Below are positions 12,420 through 24,494 of a stretch of DNA of 64,000 bases, piece by piece. A model generated the notes under the pieces. That model was not told where the DNA came from. It ran no database searches and worked only from the letters and a program-made list of their open reading frames with translations. The DNA comes from Nemertoderma westbladi. Its lineage: Eukaryota; Animalia; Xenacoelomorpha. Position 1 is the first letter of the stretch. Each line of letters starts with the position of its first letter. The DNA lies in assembly GCA_032718475.1 (NCBI GenBank), contig JAUCBJ010000648.1, positions 146,155-210,154 of the forward strand, in the 5' to 3' direction. A program made the translations under genes and the position numbers.

Positions 12420-12901
12420 CCAAATTGGGTGACCCATATCGAATTAGTGCCCTTTCTCCATACTATTCCAAACACCCACGGTCCGTTCACTTGCTTCCCG
12501 TAATTACTTCGTGCAGGGTGGTATATTAATAAAATTAACTTATACATTCGAGGTTAAGACCCCTAGATCCCTTCCTATAATAAATGTATAATAATAACTA
12601 GAATTTGGCGAATTAGTAGCTCCGATCTACTAAACCAGGAACCATATCTTGCAGATTTCCTGTGCTTATTCTTGCATTGTCAGTTGAGAGGTGGTATTCC
12701 ATATTTATTATTCAAAACATACAGTGAACATGGCTCACCACATTGCTCACATGAATGCTCGTTGCTTAGATTCTTAGTTGGTAACAGGCCGAATTTTTGG
12801 GCAAACTCAATTGCCGCAAATTCAGTATCCAATGCAAGGCTCAATTCAACAATGTTTGGTTCATTTGGAAAATAGCGTTTCACTGAATGTCGCTCTGACA
12901 T
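12420..12901 (-). pseudogene. Decayed Merlin / IS1595(ISXO2)-like DDE transposase
   Basis: Reading through a TGA gives AIEFAQKFGLLP...CEQCG...*QCKNKHRKSARYGSWFSRSELLIRQILVIIY (zinc ribbon plus SxRxGSWF motif). Further downstream, RSNYGKQVNGPWVFGI matches the NYG..V.GPWVFG motif I recall for this family. Confidence 0.72.
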
Positions 12902-13932
12902 TATTAGTTATGCATATAGTAAAGCATAAAAATATCACAATGATACTCGGAAATAATAAATGGTGTTCTAGAATCAAATTTACTAAGATATATGGGTATT
13001 TAGTTGAGTTTGTAAAATTTCCAAATTTCGTTATTTCAATAATTTGCATTTTTTTTTCTATTTCATCTAAAGCAGATTTTATCAAGATTTCAAATTTTAA
13101 AATCGTTAAGCAAGATATGATATATGGCTGTCTGTCCGTTTGACTGTCGGTTTGTGCGTCAGTATGTCTAGCTGTTCGTTAATAAAAAGCATATCTGTGT
13201 AAAAATATTCCCTATATGGGTTTCTGTGGTCGGTGACTTCGTTTCTGTCTGTATACCTGTCAGTCTGTTCGACAAATTAACCGAAAACATGACAGCCAAA
13301 CAAACAGTTTGGAAGTTATCAAATGTTAAATCTGACACTCGAAATGAATTCTGCGACCAGGAAACCCCTAAGCCATATAGCTAAACCTTTAGCTATATGG
13401 TGTGCGCTTTTCTTATATTTGACGAACAGAATGTCGGATAGTCAGTAAGACCGACAGACAGACATATCGACAAAATAGATTTCATTGAAAGTGTAAACTG
13501 ACCTCAGAAATGAAATTAGCGACCAGGAAAACTCCCATAGCAAAAATCTTAACATAGATTTTTGCTTTATTGTTGCTAGATATTGATTGACAGACAGTTA
13601 TTGCGCGGGAAGGTACAAACTTTAAAGGCTGAAAGAAAACAGATGAAAAAAAACTTTAAAGGTCTTTTCCGAGATAATTATCTCGGAATGGAAATTGTTC
13701 ATTCAATTATCGATTGACCCATTACCATTGATTTTCATTGACTGTGTTAAAGAAGCGCTCCCCCCCCCCCCCCCCCCCCCCTTAATGATATTTTTAATAT
13801 GCTGTTAAATAAGCTCAATGAAGCGGTACTTTACATAACTCTATGACATGGTTTTAGTATAACTTAATTTATTATTATTTATTGTAAACTTCAGACAGTA
13901 GTGCTGTACAGTATATATCCGTAGTTACTTAC

Positions 13933-13993
13933 CGTTTCAGTTTCTTTTTTGGGATTACAATACCCATATTGATAGGATTTCCACTGTTTCGCC
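13933..13993 (-). CDS. Coding exon 2 of putative uncharacterised gene (GAKQWKSYQYGYCNPKKETET)
   Basis: GCAG acceptor and ACG|GTAAGT donor. 61 bp, phase 2 in and phase 0 out, matching both neighbours. Confidence 0.62.
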
Positions 13994-14058
13994 CTGCGCA
14001 TAAAGTTTTTATATTTTCTAACATGGCGATTGTATAGTTATGATTATAAATATTAATA

Positions 14059-16790
14059 TTGTTCGTACACATACCTAGACATGATTGTTCGTACACATAC
14101 ATAGACAGGATTGTTCGTACACATACATAGACAGGATTGTTTGTACACATACCTAGACATGATTGTTCGTACACATACATTAGACAGGATTGTTCGTACA
14201 CATACATAGACAGGATTGTTCGTACACATACCTAGACAGGATTGTTCGTACACATACATAGACAGGATTGTTCGTACACATACCTAGACAGGATTGTTCG
14301 TACACAGACCTAGACAGGATTGTTCGTACACATACCTAGACATGATTGTTCGTACACATACCTAGAAATGATTGTTCGTACACATACATAGACAGGATTG
14401 TTCGTACACATACCTAGACAGGATTGTTCGTACACATACCTAGACAGGATTGTTTGTACACATACCTAGACAGGATTGTTCGTGCACATACCTAGACATG
14501 ATTGTTCGTACACATACCTAGACATGATTGTTCGTACACATACCTATACATGATTGTTCGTTCACATACCTAGACATGATTGTTCGTACACATACCTAGA
14601 CATGATTGTTCGTACACATATATAGACAGGATTGTTCGTACATATACCTAGACAGGATTGTTTGTACACATACCTAGACAGGATTGTTCGTGCACATACC
14701 TAGACATGATTGTTCGTACACATACCTAGACATGATTGTTCGTACACATACCTAGACAGGATTGTTTGTACACATACATAGACAGGATTGTTCGTACACA
14801 TACCTAGACAGGATTGTTCGTGCACATACCTAGACATGATTGTTCGTACACATACCTAGACATGATTGTTCGTACACATACCTAGACATGATTGTTCGTT
14901 CACATACCTAGACATGATTGTTCGTACACATACCTAGACATGATTGTTCGTACACGGTGACACAGAACCATTTGAAGTGTTATGGGGCGTCCTCCAAGGA
15001 GACACACTTGCACCATTCTTGTTCATTATTGTGGTTGACTATGTTCTACGCATGTCCTTAGATCATCATAATGATGATGGGGTGATGATAACTCCACCTA
15101 CTGGCTCCAGAAGTCGAGGAAATCCTGCCAAGTACCTAACTGATCTAGACTTTGCTGATGACTTAGGAGTACTCTCAGAATCATTAGAGGGAGCCCAACG
15201 GCTCCTCAGCTCATTAGAACATGCTGCTTCTAGTGTTGGTCTTTTTATTAACTCCAGAAAGACCAAAATTCTGACTGTTAACTTGGAAAGTCCTCAGCAA
15301 GTCTCTGATCGGATGAGCATAAGCTCAAAGGATGGTATGCTTGAGCATGTGGACGACTTCTGTTACCTGGGATCATGGATCCGGAAGTCAGGTGAGGACC
15401 TTCGAATACGTAAGGGAAAGGCATGGACAGCCTTGAATAGGCTTTCCAGGATTTGGAAATCACCGAGAATTAATCGGAAACTTAAGGTCCGATTATTTAG
15501 AGCAGCAGTAGTTCCAGTACTCCTCTACGGGAGTCCATGCTGGGCTCTAACTGCTGAGGACACCAAATCTCTGGATGGCACATTCACAAGAATGCTACGC
15601 CGGGTTCATTGTGTCAAGTACAATGCACACATCTCCAACCAGACACTATATAACATTGGAGGTGTCTCATTGGTTCCCCCAAGCTTGACACTAGAACAAA
15701 ATCGCCTCCGCTTTGCAGGACATTGCTTTCGCCGTGAGGACCAGCCAGTGCATAATCTTGTACTTTGGCAGCCTCATGGAGTGAATAAGCATGGTGGACA
15801 GCCCATGACTTTCTTGAGACGCATCTTAAATGACACTGGCCTTAAAGATGCGGATGATCTAGCAAATGTCATGGGTGATAGGGAGTTGTGGCGGTGCAAT
15901 TTTGTTGACAAGCCGGCACAGCATTCTTAAAAATGCAGCTGCAATGCAGCATGCCGATCCTAGTAGTAGTAGTAGTAGTAGTAGTTCGTACACATATATA
16001 GACAGGATTGTTCGTACACATACCTAGACAGGATTGTTTGTACACATACCTAGACAGGATTGTTCGGGCACATACCTAGACATGATTGTTCGTACACATA
16101 CCTAGACATGATTGTTCGTACACATACCTAGACAGGATTGTTTGTACACATACCTAGACAGGATTGTTCGTGCACATACCTAGACATGATTGTTCGTACA
16201 CATACCTAGACAGGATTGTTCGTACACATACATAGACAGGATTGTTCGTACACATACCTAGACAGGATTGTTCGTACACATACCTAGACAGGATTGTTCG
16301 TACACATACCTAGTCAGGATTGTTCGTACACATACATAGACAGGATTGTTCGTACACATACCTAGACATGATTGTTCGTACACATACCTAGACATGATTG
16401 TTCGTACACATACCTAGACATGATTGTTCGTACACATACCTAGACATGATTGTTCGTACACATACCTAGACATGATTGTTCGTACACATATATAGACAGG
16501 ATTGTTCGTACACATACCTAGACACGATTGTTCGTACACATACCTAGACAGGATTGTTTGTACACATACCTAGACATGATTGTTCCTACACATACATAGA
16601 CATGATTGTTCGTACACATACATAGACAGGATTGTTCGTACACATACCTAGACAGGATTGTTCGTACACATACATAGACAGGATTGTTCAAAAAACATAC
16701 ATAGACATGATTGTTCGTACACATACCTAGATATGATTGTTCGTACACATACCTAGACATGATTGTTCGTACACATACCTAGACAGGATT
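14059..16790. repeat. 26-bp minisatellite array split by a LINE insertion
   Basis: GATTGTTCGTACACATAC(C/A)TAGACA(G/T) repeated at 14059-14955 and 15984-16790. Confidence 0.97.
14956..15983 (+). mobile_element. 5'-truncated RTE-clade-like LINE with an intact RT C-terminal half
   Basis: ORF 14944..15930 contains GVLQGDTLAPFLF, DLDFADD and F.YLGS. (TAG)7-8 tail. Apparent TSD GTTCGTACAC at 14946-14955 and 15984-15993. Nearly identical to 4811-5329. Confidence 0.95.
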
Positions 16791-16861
16791 ATATCAGATC
16801 AGTATAAGATATATATTATCCTATATAAATGAATCATCCTAAGCAGATACAATAAGTATAA

Positions 16862-17466
16862 TATGGTTACTTCCCCAATGCGACTTTTGCCCAATAATAT
16901 TTACATTTTCCCTATGTGTCACTTCCCCAATAACTAGATCTGATATGGTCACTTTCCCAATAGAACACTAGCCCAATAGGCCAGTTTTCGAATAGGACAC
17001 TAGCCCAATACTTTGAGATTTAGCTTTATTTAATTAAGAACATTAATGGAAAGGAGCATGTTACAGTGGAGGTGTTTTCTAACCAAAACAATAAACTATA
17101 AATTGTTTCACTTGCGGTCAATTTGCGCTGAGGATCACTATTTTCACTTGCGCTCTGCGTTCAATATGCGCCACTATCTGATTATATGATGTATTAGGCC
17201 TAGAAACAGGCAGAATACCTAGTCAATGGAAATTATTGTCTCAAAAACTTATTGGGCAAGTGACTTATTGTGTACGTCGAGCATTGGGCAAGTGGAAGTG
17301 ACCTATTGGTAAAAGTGACCTAGTTTCGGTTAAAAATGAAATATATTGGGCAAGTGACCTATTAGTAAAGTGACCTACTTTAGGTTAAAAATCAAATATA
17401 TTGAGCAAGTGACCTAAAATATTTTTTTAATGGGCAAGTGACTTATTGGGGAAGTGACTGCATCCC
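16862..17466. mobile_element. Degenerate foldback/MITE with repeated subterminal motifs
   Basis: GTCACTT(C/T)CCCAATA motifs on the left face inverted TATTGGG(C/G)AAGTGAC motifs on the right. No TSD resolved. Confidence 0.55.
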
Positions 17467-17822
17467 TATAATATTACGCTATAATGTTTAATGTCAAAAT
17501 TGATAAAATAGAAAAATTGCCCACTACTGGGGTGTATATAACGTTACCCAGTTGATGAGCCACGTTATCCTACAACAAGTACCATACAACCTTTACATCT
17601 ATTGTACTGTATGTGGCACCAGTGCCGGTATTTGTAGGTCCCGAGTGGTAGAGATATTCTACGACATATTTTCCGGCCAACAACGGAGACTAGGAAGCTG
17701 AATGATTGGGTGTTTCAAATGTTTACTTTTATTTAATTTCAACGTTACATTTCAACGGCAAACATTACAGTAATTATTGTTATCCTTTGGGACATAGGAT
17801 AATCTGACACTAGGGCACGTAT

Positions 17823-18673
17823 TGTGGGGCGAGCCACGAAGTTGGCGGAGCCTTAGCGAATTGACACTGTTAGGGGGTGGGTCAATTTATGCAAATAGTT
17901 GTCGTCGTCGTCGTTGTCGTCGTCGTCGTCGTTGTCGTCGTCGTCGTCGTTGTCGTCGTCGTCGTCGTTACGATTTTGACATGCTAATAACTTTGTCGGA
18001 TTTAAAGCTGCCAAGTTGAAAATTTGTAGGTATCAATATGAGCTAAAGTTGAGATTTTTGAGAGACTTTGAGACACCATCAGTGCAATGGTCTCCCGCTA
18101 GAGGGCCACATGTCTAAACATTAAATGCCCTCCCATTTCTTTGCTTTTAATCTGTTTAAGCTGAAACTTGGCAGATATGTATTAGACCATTAGCTGTGAC
18201 TTTCAAAGGAGGCGAATCCATCTGCAGTTCTCCAGTCTGCCGCTAGAGGGCCAAATGTCTGAAAGTGAAATCGTTGTCGTCGTTATGATATTGACATGCT
18301 TATAACTTTGTCGAATTTAAAGCTGCCAAGTTGAAAATTTGTAGGCATCAATATGATCAAAAGTTGAGACGTTTGAGAGACTTTCAGACACCATCAGAGC
18401 AATAGTCTCCTGCTAGAGGGCCACATGTCTAAACGTTAAATGTCCTCCCATTTCTTTGCTTTTAATCCATTTATGCTGAAATTTGGCAGATATGTAATAG
18501 ACCATAGGCTGTGGCTTTGTAGGGAAACTAATCCTTCCTTCTTCAGTTACCCAGTCTCCCGCTAGAGGGTTAACGTTTTCCGGGAAAATCTTCTCCTATG
18601 TTTTTATAATCCTTTCGAGTTGATACTTAGCATTAACTCATTTCACGTGCTGCGCGAAGGCCCCACTTCGTGT
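17823..18673 (+). mobile_element. TGT-bounded HINE-like element, copy A
   Basis: 5' TGTGGGGCGAGCCACGAAG, (GTC)n microsatellite, ~1.8 internal 315-bp units, 3' CACGTGCTGCGCGAAGGCCCCACTTCGTGT(A). Near-identical to 30811-32130. Confidence 0.85.
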
Positions 18674-19277
18674 ACTATTATGTACGTTACCTACAAACTA
18701 AGTATTCTTAGGAAATCAATAATATTATAATAATTTATTATTATAACAAGTCAATATTTTGTACAAAACGTACATTTTGTACATTAATATATTCCATAAC
18801 TTTAGTGGAGCGGACTGTGAATACTGGCGGTAAGATAATTTCTAAAGCAAAATTAATTTATATTAATAATGAGTCTCCAAGTAAGTAAACGTTTCCTATT
18901 CAATATAATATTATTTATTGTGTTAAAATTGTGTGAAAGATGACGGCATGAAAGTTAATTTCAAAATGCGTGTTGTTATTCATCTACCGTAAGTCTAGCT
19001 AGGCCTACTCTACTGCAGTACAGTAATTGCGATTGGAACAAACAACAGACAGACTATAATTAAATTTCATAGGAACAAAATTCACTAAAATAGGAACAAA
19101 GTTCGCAAAAATAGGAACAAAGTTCGCTGTGAATTGGAACAAAATTCGCATTTTCACATTTTAGGAACAAAGTTCGCGCTCCGCTATAATCTACCTTTTA
19201 TAGAGGTAGTTGGTAGTTGTTGAGGAAAGATAGACCCTCAAATAAATGTAATCCTTGTTGATCTGGTGATTTATCTA

Positions 19278-19350
19278 CGTTAGCTCACTCGGTAAAGCGC
19301 CTGACTTAAGGTGTGAAAGTACTGGGTTCGATCCCAGATCAAGTCTTTTT
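19278..19350 (+). mobile_element. tRNA-derived SINE head or tRNA pseudogene
   Basis: Box A TAGCTCACTCGGT (19281) and box B GGGTTCGATCCC (~19325) at tRNA spacing, but no convincing acceptor stem. Confidence 0.55.
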
Positions 19351-19464
19351 GCCTTTCTGTTTCATCTTAAATTTATAATATTTAATATTAAAGTTTAGGC
19401 AGTATCGTTTACTGTTCTAGGAATAAAATGTTACTCATGGAGTCAATGTATCCTGTAAACTCAC

Positions 19465-19625
19465 CCGCCATTAATTGGTTTGGGAGTGAACCCTGTCTTC
19501 TTCAATATTTTAACTGTTACATCATGACCTTTATGGTGAGCTTTAACATGATCCACAATGTTTTCCTCACAGTTAAGGTCAATATCCGAACTATTTGAAG
19601 TAGACGATCCCATTGATAAATCCAT
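19465..19625 (-). CDS. First coding exon of putative uncharacterised gene (MDLSMGSSTSNSSDIDLNCEENIVDHVKAHHKGHDVTVKILKKTGFTPKPING)
   Basis: Exon 19637-19465 has a TTTCAG acceptor and CGG|GTGAGT donor. An in-frame TGA directly precedes the ATG at 19625. It ends in phase 2, matching exon 2. Confidence 0.65.
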
Positions 19626-20163
19626 TCAGAGTAAATCCTGAAATGTGAATTAAATAATGATTTTATCAGACAATGATTTATTACGTAGTGTTAATGAGTG
19701 GATTATTACATGAATGAACGCGAAACTGTATATATACAGATACAAAAAATACGTATTTAGTATGTAATGTAGGAATAAGTTGTATTCCAAAACTGTAATA
19801 CAACGGAAATACTGCTTATGAAAATCCCCGTACGAAACTTTTGATAACAACGAATAACTTTTGGTTCGATTTCTCAAATTATATAATTTGCTTCGCACAA
19901 AAATTACGGGATGTTTTAAGATTCATTACCTATATAATTATTTCAATTCTCTCCAAAGTTCGAATACCAGAATAAATAGCGATTGAGAAAAGGGATGTTA
20001 AAATGCCTTAAGAGGAAGAAGGAAATTTTGCGCAAAATGTATTAATGGAAATTGAATAGATGTATATTCTTTCTGACCTTAATAAATTGAAAAAATTTAC
20101 ACTGAACCGTCGCCCAATAAATGATAAATCTCGGTTAAGGTTACATAACCCCGCTTTTATGCC

Positions 20164-21745
20164 GGGTTCATCACTCAAATTCAAAACCATATTAATTAGA
20201 TGCAATAATATCACAGAAACACAATGGCGTTTACAGAATTCAATAAGATGTTACAATAGCCGAGATATTGGTGTTTTCAGCTTAAAAGTTATTCAAAATT
20301 TGAAAACGATCTGTGATTGGTCGTTACGTCACTGTACGCCTCGGAATCCCATTGATATCAACATTCAGATACCTAATACTATATTGGTGTAAATTAGGCA
20401 GTTTGTTAGGGGTGTTTGAAAAAGGTGGACTGGACACAGAAAACATGGACAACGGACAGACCAATCACGGGCGATTTGCGTCACACAGCTTGTCCACCTT
20501 TTTCAGCTTTGTTGTCCACCTTTTTCAAATTTGAATAAGGTGGACTGGGTTGAGAAAGAACAGGCAATGAATTGACCAATCAGATTGATTTGCACATTAG
20601 AGCAGCTCTGTCCACGTTTTTCAAAAAATTTCGGAAGGTTTTTATGTATTCTGGGATTATTATTGTTATTATTATCCCATACTTACTGTGACCAACCGAA
20701 GTTGTCGAAATAGGCCTAGTTAAATAATATGGGGCGAGCCACGAAGTCTGAGTGCTGAGCTTTACAGCCTTAGCATCAATATTGGAACGTCAATATTCTA
20801 ACTCATTCATTACAGTATAAAGTTAATCATACTGTAATAACTACCTATTGTACTGTGAGGGAAATATAATATGCTTTATTTACCGTTCATCCCGAGATCT
20901 GTTATTAAACGACCGAGCGCACCGAGGGAGGTAAATAAGTCTCCATATTTTGGGAGTGGAGGTCCGAAACCCTAATTCAAAGTGGAAATGGAGGCCCAAA
21001 GCCTTAATTATAAAACAGTCATGTAACCCCAACCTTAAATATTTTGGATCCTAAATTCCACAAAATTTCTTAGATTAGAACATCGGGACTTTAGAGCTAC
21101 TAATGACAGTTTTAATTAGGGTTTGGACCTGACCAACAAACCCAACCACAAAAATAAACCAATAAATACAAGTTAAAGTGCTGTACGGTACGCTAGACCT
21201 ACTATTAATATACTGTAAGTCTATAGGAGGGCAATCCGCAGGGGGGGGGGGGGGGGGGGGTAGATACGCCTAGGACACCGGCAGCATTCTTAATGCAACT
21301 GCTTCCAGCATGCCCATTATAGATAGATAATTGAAACCTGAAAAAGGTGGACAGTCCAATCACTAATAAATAGCATTGCTTTAATACGTTTCTGATTGGT
21401 CAGACTATTATATATGTTTTTTGTGCATGTGTCCTGTCCACCTTTTTCAAACACACATCTTATTCCCAATTATGTAACTAAGAAAGCGGAAACTTGAAAA
21501 AGGTGGACAGACCAATTGCTACAAACTGCTTTGCTTAATACGTTTCTGATTGGTCTGTCCGTTGTCCATGTTTTCTGTGTCCAGTCCACCTTTTTCAAAC
21601 ACCCGTTTGTTAGGCAGGTACTGCTACATTAGTACAGTACACAAGTACAGCAGTCACCGGTACAAGCACTGCTGCACTGTATACTTGCTTATTTATACGG
21701 CGAACGGAGAGTACCCGGGACAACGGCAAGGATGAGCGAATATAT
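20164..21745 (+). repeat. Interspersed repeat interrupted by the MULE-like insertion; inverted homologue in pieces at 29515-29593, 30642-30670 and 32648-32892
   Basis: 20164-20381 is the reverse complement of ~32677-32892, 21650-21680 of ~30640-30670, and 21680-21745 of ~29515-29593. Confidence 0.8.
20410..21604. mobile_element. Non-autonomous Mutator(MULE)-like element
   Basis: Perfect 58-bp TIRs (GGGTGTTTGAAAAAGGTGGACTGG...), 9-bp TSD GTTTGTTAG at 20401-20409 and 21605-21613, and internal AAAAAGGTGGAC repeats. Confidence 0.9.
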
Positions 21746-21747
21746 AG

Positions 21748-22689
21748 CGGTTTTTTGGACACTGATCACGATTATAGAACTCAAATATAAGATTCGAAAC
21801 ATTCTTGGTAATTTTGAATGTGTCCACTTGGGCACGAAAAAAACAAGTATTACAAATAGGATAACGAAAAAATCACCACAAAATCAAATTAATTTTATGA
21901 CCATATAGGTTTTTTGGCATGCTAATCACGAATATGACACTGAAATATATCGTACATTGTTGATTAGGTCATTTTTGGATATGTGTCAATGTGCGGCACG
22001 AAAAAAATACAAGTAACACAAATTGGATAATCAAAAATCATTACCAAATCAACCTGATTTCTAGACCTTACGGGTTTTTTGGACTCTGATCACGAATATG
22101 ACATTCAAAAATATCGTATTATCCAAAAAATTCGATTTTTGTCGTTTGAAATATTTTGCTATTTGTATTTTTCGTCCCTCCTGACAAGCACCAAAAATGA
22201 TAGTTGCGTTACCACGAATGATTTTTAACGAGTTGTATCGCGATCAAAATCAGTCCTTCGAAATCAGAATAGCTTCAGAATTACCAAAGCAAAGGCAGAA
22301 TTTAACCGTTTATAATTTTGTGCTACCGTTACTTGTAATTTTCATTCTGGGGCACCAGAACGGCACCAAAATTGGGTTTGCATTTACCAGAAATATTTAC
22401 AAATAGTTTCATCGTGATCACCGACCTCGAAAACTCTTCGTTCTGAATTATCAAACCAAATACAAATTTTTTAAGTTTGACATTTTTTTACTTGTAGGCC
22501 TAGTACTTTTCGTCCTGGGGGACCAAAATAGCACCAAAACTTATGGTTGCATTGCCAGAAAATAATTTAACAAGTTTAATCGTGATCAGCGACCTCGAAA
22601 ACACTTATACCATCAAAATTGTAATTTTTGAGCCAAGATCTAAATAATTTCTATTTCGTTGTAAAATAGCCCGGGTTAGATAGGGTTAA
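21748..22689. mobile_element. Degenerate DNA-transposon-like segment with ~160-bp direct and inverted subrepeats
   Basis: GGTTTTTTGG..CTGATCACGAATATGACA occurs three times (21749, 21908, 22072), inverted CGTGATCA.CGACCTCGAAAAC twice (22413, 22581), and the segment ends in AGGG|TTAA. Confidence 0.45.
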
Positions 22690-23197
22690 TTTGACATTTT
22701 TTTAATATCATAATTTAATTTGCCACCACAAAACAATAGACGAAAGTCTATGCTTACGCTACGGTTACAGTTATATTTGATTGCGCCGAAGTTAAAAGAA
22801 AGAAGAAGTTAATAAGTTAATAATAACATACGACAGTTTACAGTAGATCAAAACGGCAGTGACGGCCGCATTAAGATTTATAAAATAAAGAATACGTAAA
22901 ATCAAAATATATTTTGTTATTTTATACAACAATATCAATAGATATCAATAATCAACAAGACAACAATCAATAGACATTGAATACATAATTTCATTAACAA
23001 ATATTACGAAAATATAATTTAAATTAATTTGAAAAAGGGTTAGAATAAATAATCCATAAAAATTCAATGACTCTGAAATGTGTATTCCGTATTAATCAGT
23101 CTATCTATACCCTATACATTAATCAGATGGGATTGGAAGATGCAAACCAAGAATGACTCATATCAACCAAAAAACTGCCTCCCATATAATGTAATAC

Positions 23198-24411
23198 TAC
23201 GGAGCCCCTAAAGGGACATGGGTTTCCCCTTTTTTTTCTAAGTCCGGCCCAGGGATACTAAGTCCGGCCCGGAGATACTATCTCAGGCCCGGAGATACTA
23301 AGTCTGGCCCGGAGATACTATCTCAGGCCCGGAGATACTAAGTCTGGCCCGGAGATACTATCTCAGGCCCGGAGATACTAAGTCTGGCCCGGAGATACTA
23401 TCTCAGGCCCGGAGATACTAAGTCTGGCCCGGAGATACTATCTCAGGCCCGGAGATACTATCTCAGGCCCTGAGATACTAAGTCCGGCCCGGAGATACTA
23501 TCTCAGGCCCGGAGATACTATCTCAGGCCCTGAGATACTAAGTCCGGCCCGGAGATACTATCTCAGGCCTGGAGATACTAAGTCCGGCCCGGAGATACTA
23601 TCTCAGGCCTGGAGATACTAAGTCCGGCCCGGAGATACTATCTCAGGCCCGGAGATACTAAGTCCGGCCCGGAGATACTATCTCAGGCCTGGAGATAAAA
23701 TACAGAACAGGTTCATAGATGTTATAGCGCTGACACAGCAATCAACAGAAACAAATTGCAGCCAATCAGCTAACTGGGTTAATTCCAGATCATTTCACAT
23801 TTCAATTTGTAAGATATTTAATATGGAGACACAAGAGTATTGTTAGCACAATACAAAGTAATTACATATCTGGAGGGAGGCATGACCCCGTGCCTTTGAA
23901 TAAAAGCCGACCTACCAACGGGCATTTACTTAATGATAATACCCTTCTACGGCTACAGAAATGAACTACCAATAATAAGAACATTCCATATTATTTGGAG
24001 GCAATGGCTGAATAGCCGCGTAAAGATAAACTGCAACAGAGGTGTATGTAAACCGAAACAAATAGGCCACGGTCACTCACAAAGGCCTGAATGAGATGAT
24101 ATGAGTATGACAAGCAGCTTTGAAGTATTGGCTACCCCATAAACTATAGTAACTGTATGAGATGGCAGAGTATCTCAGGGCCTGAGATAGTATCTCCGGG
24201 CCGGACTTAGTATCTCCGGGCCTTAGATAGTATCTCCGGGCCGGACTTAGTATCTCCGGGCCTTAGATAGTATCTCCGGGCCGGACTTAGTATCTCCGGG
24301 CCTTAGATAGTATCTCCGGGCCGGACTTAGTATCTCCGGGCCTGAGATAGTATCTCCGGGCCGGACTTAGAAAAAAAAGGGGGAAACCCATGTCCCTTTA
24401 GGGGCTCCGTA
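23198..24411. mobile_element. Non-autonomous IS3EU-like DNA transposon with internal inverted 20-bp arrays
   Basis: TACGGAGCCCCTAAAGGGACATGGG...CCCATGTCCCTTTAGGGGCTCCGTA TIRs and 6-bp TSD TAATAC (23192-23197, 24412-24417). TAY..RTA ends with a 6-bp TSD fit IS3EU. 20-bp units at 23240-23697 and, inverted, at 24168-24370. Confidence 0.85.
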
Positions 24412-24494
24412 TAATACACATTCGCCTAGGCAAACAAATCATTAGCACAAATTTTTTACTGCGATGTGTGAAATGTTAACCTTATTAGGCAGGA

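Noticed and set aside
17822-18019. Protamine-like Arg/Cys-rich ORF (also at 30810..31010)
   Set aside because: Translation of the (GTC)n microsatellite inside a repeated non-autonomous element.
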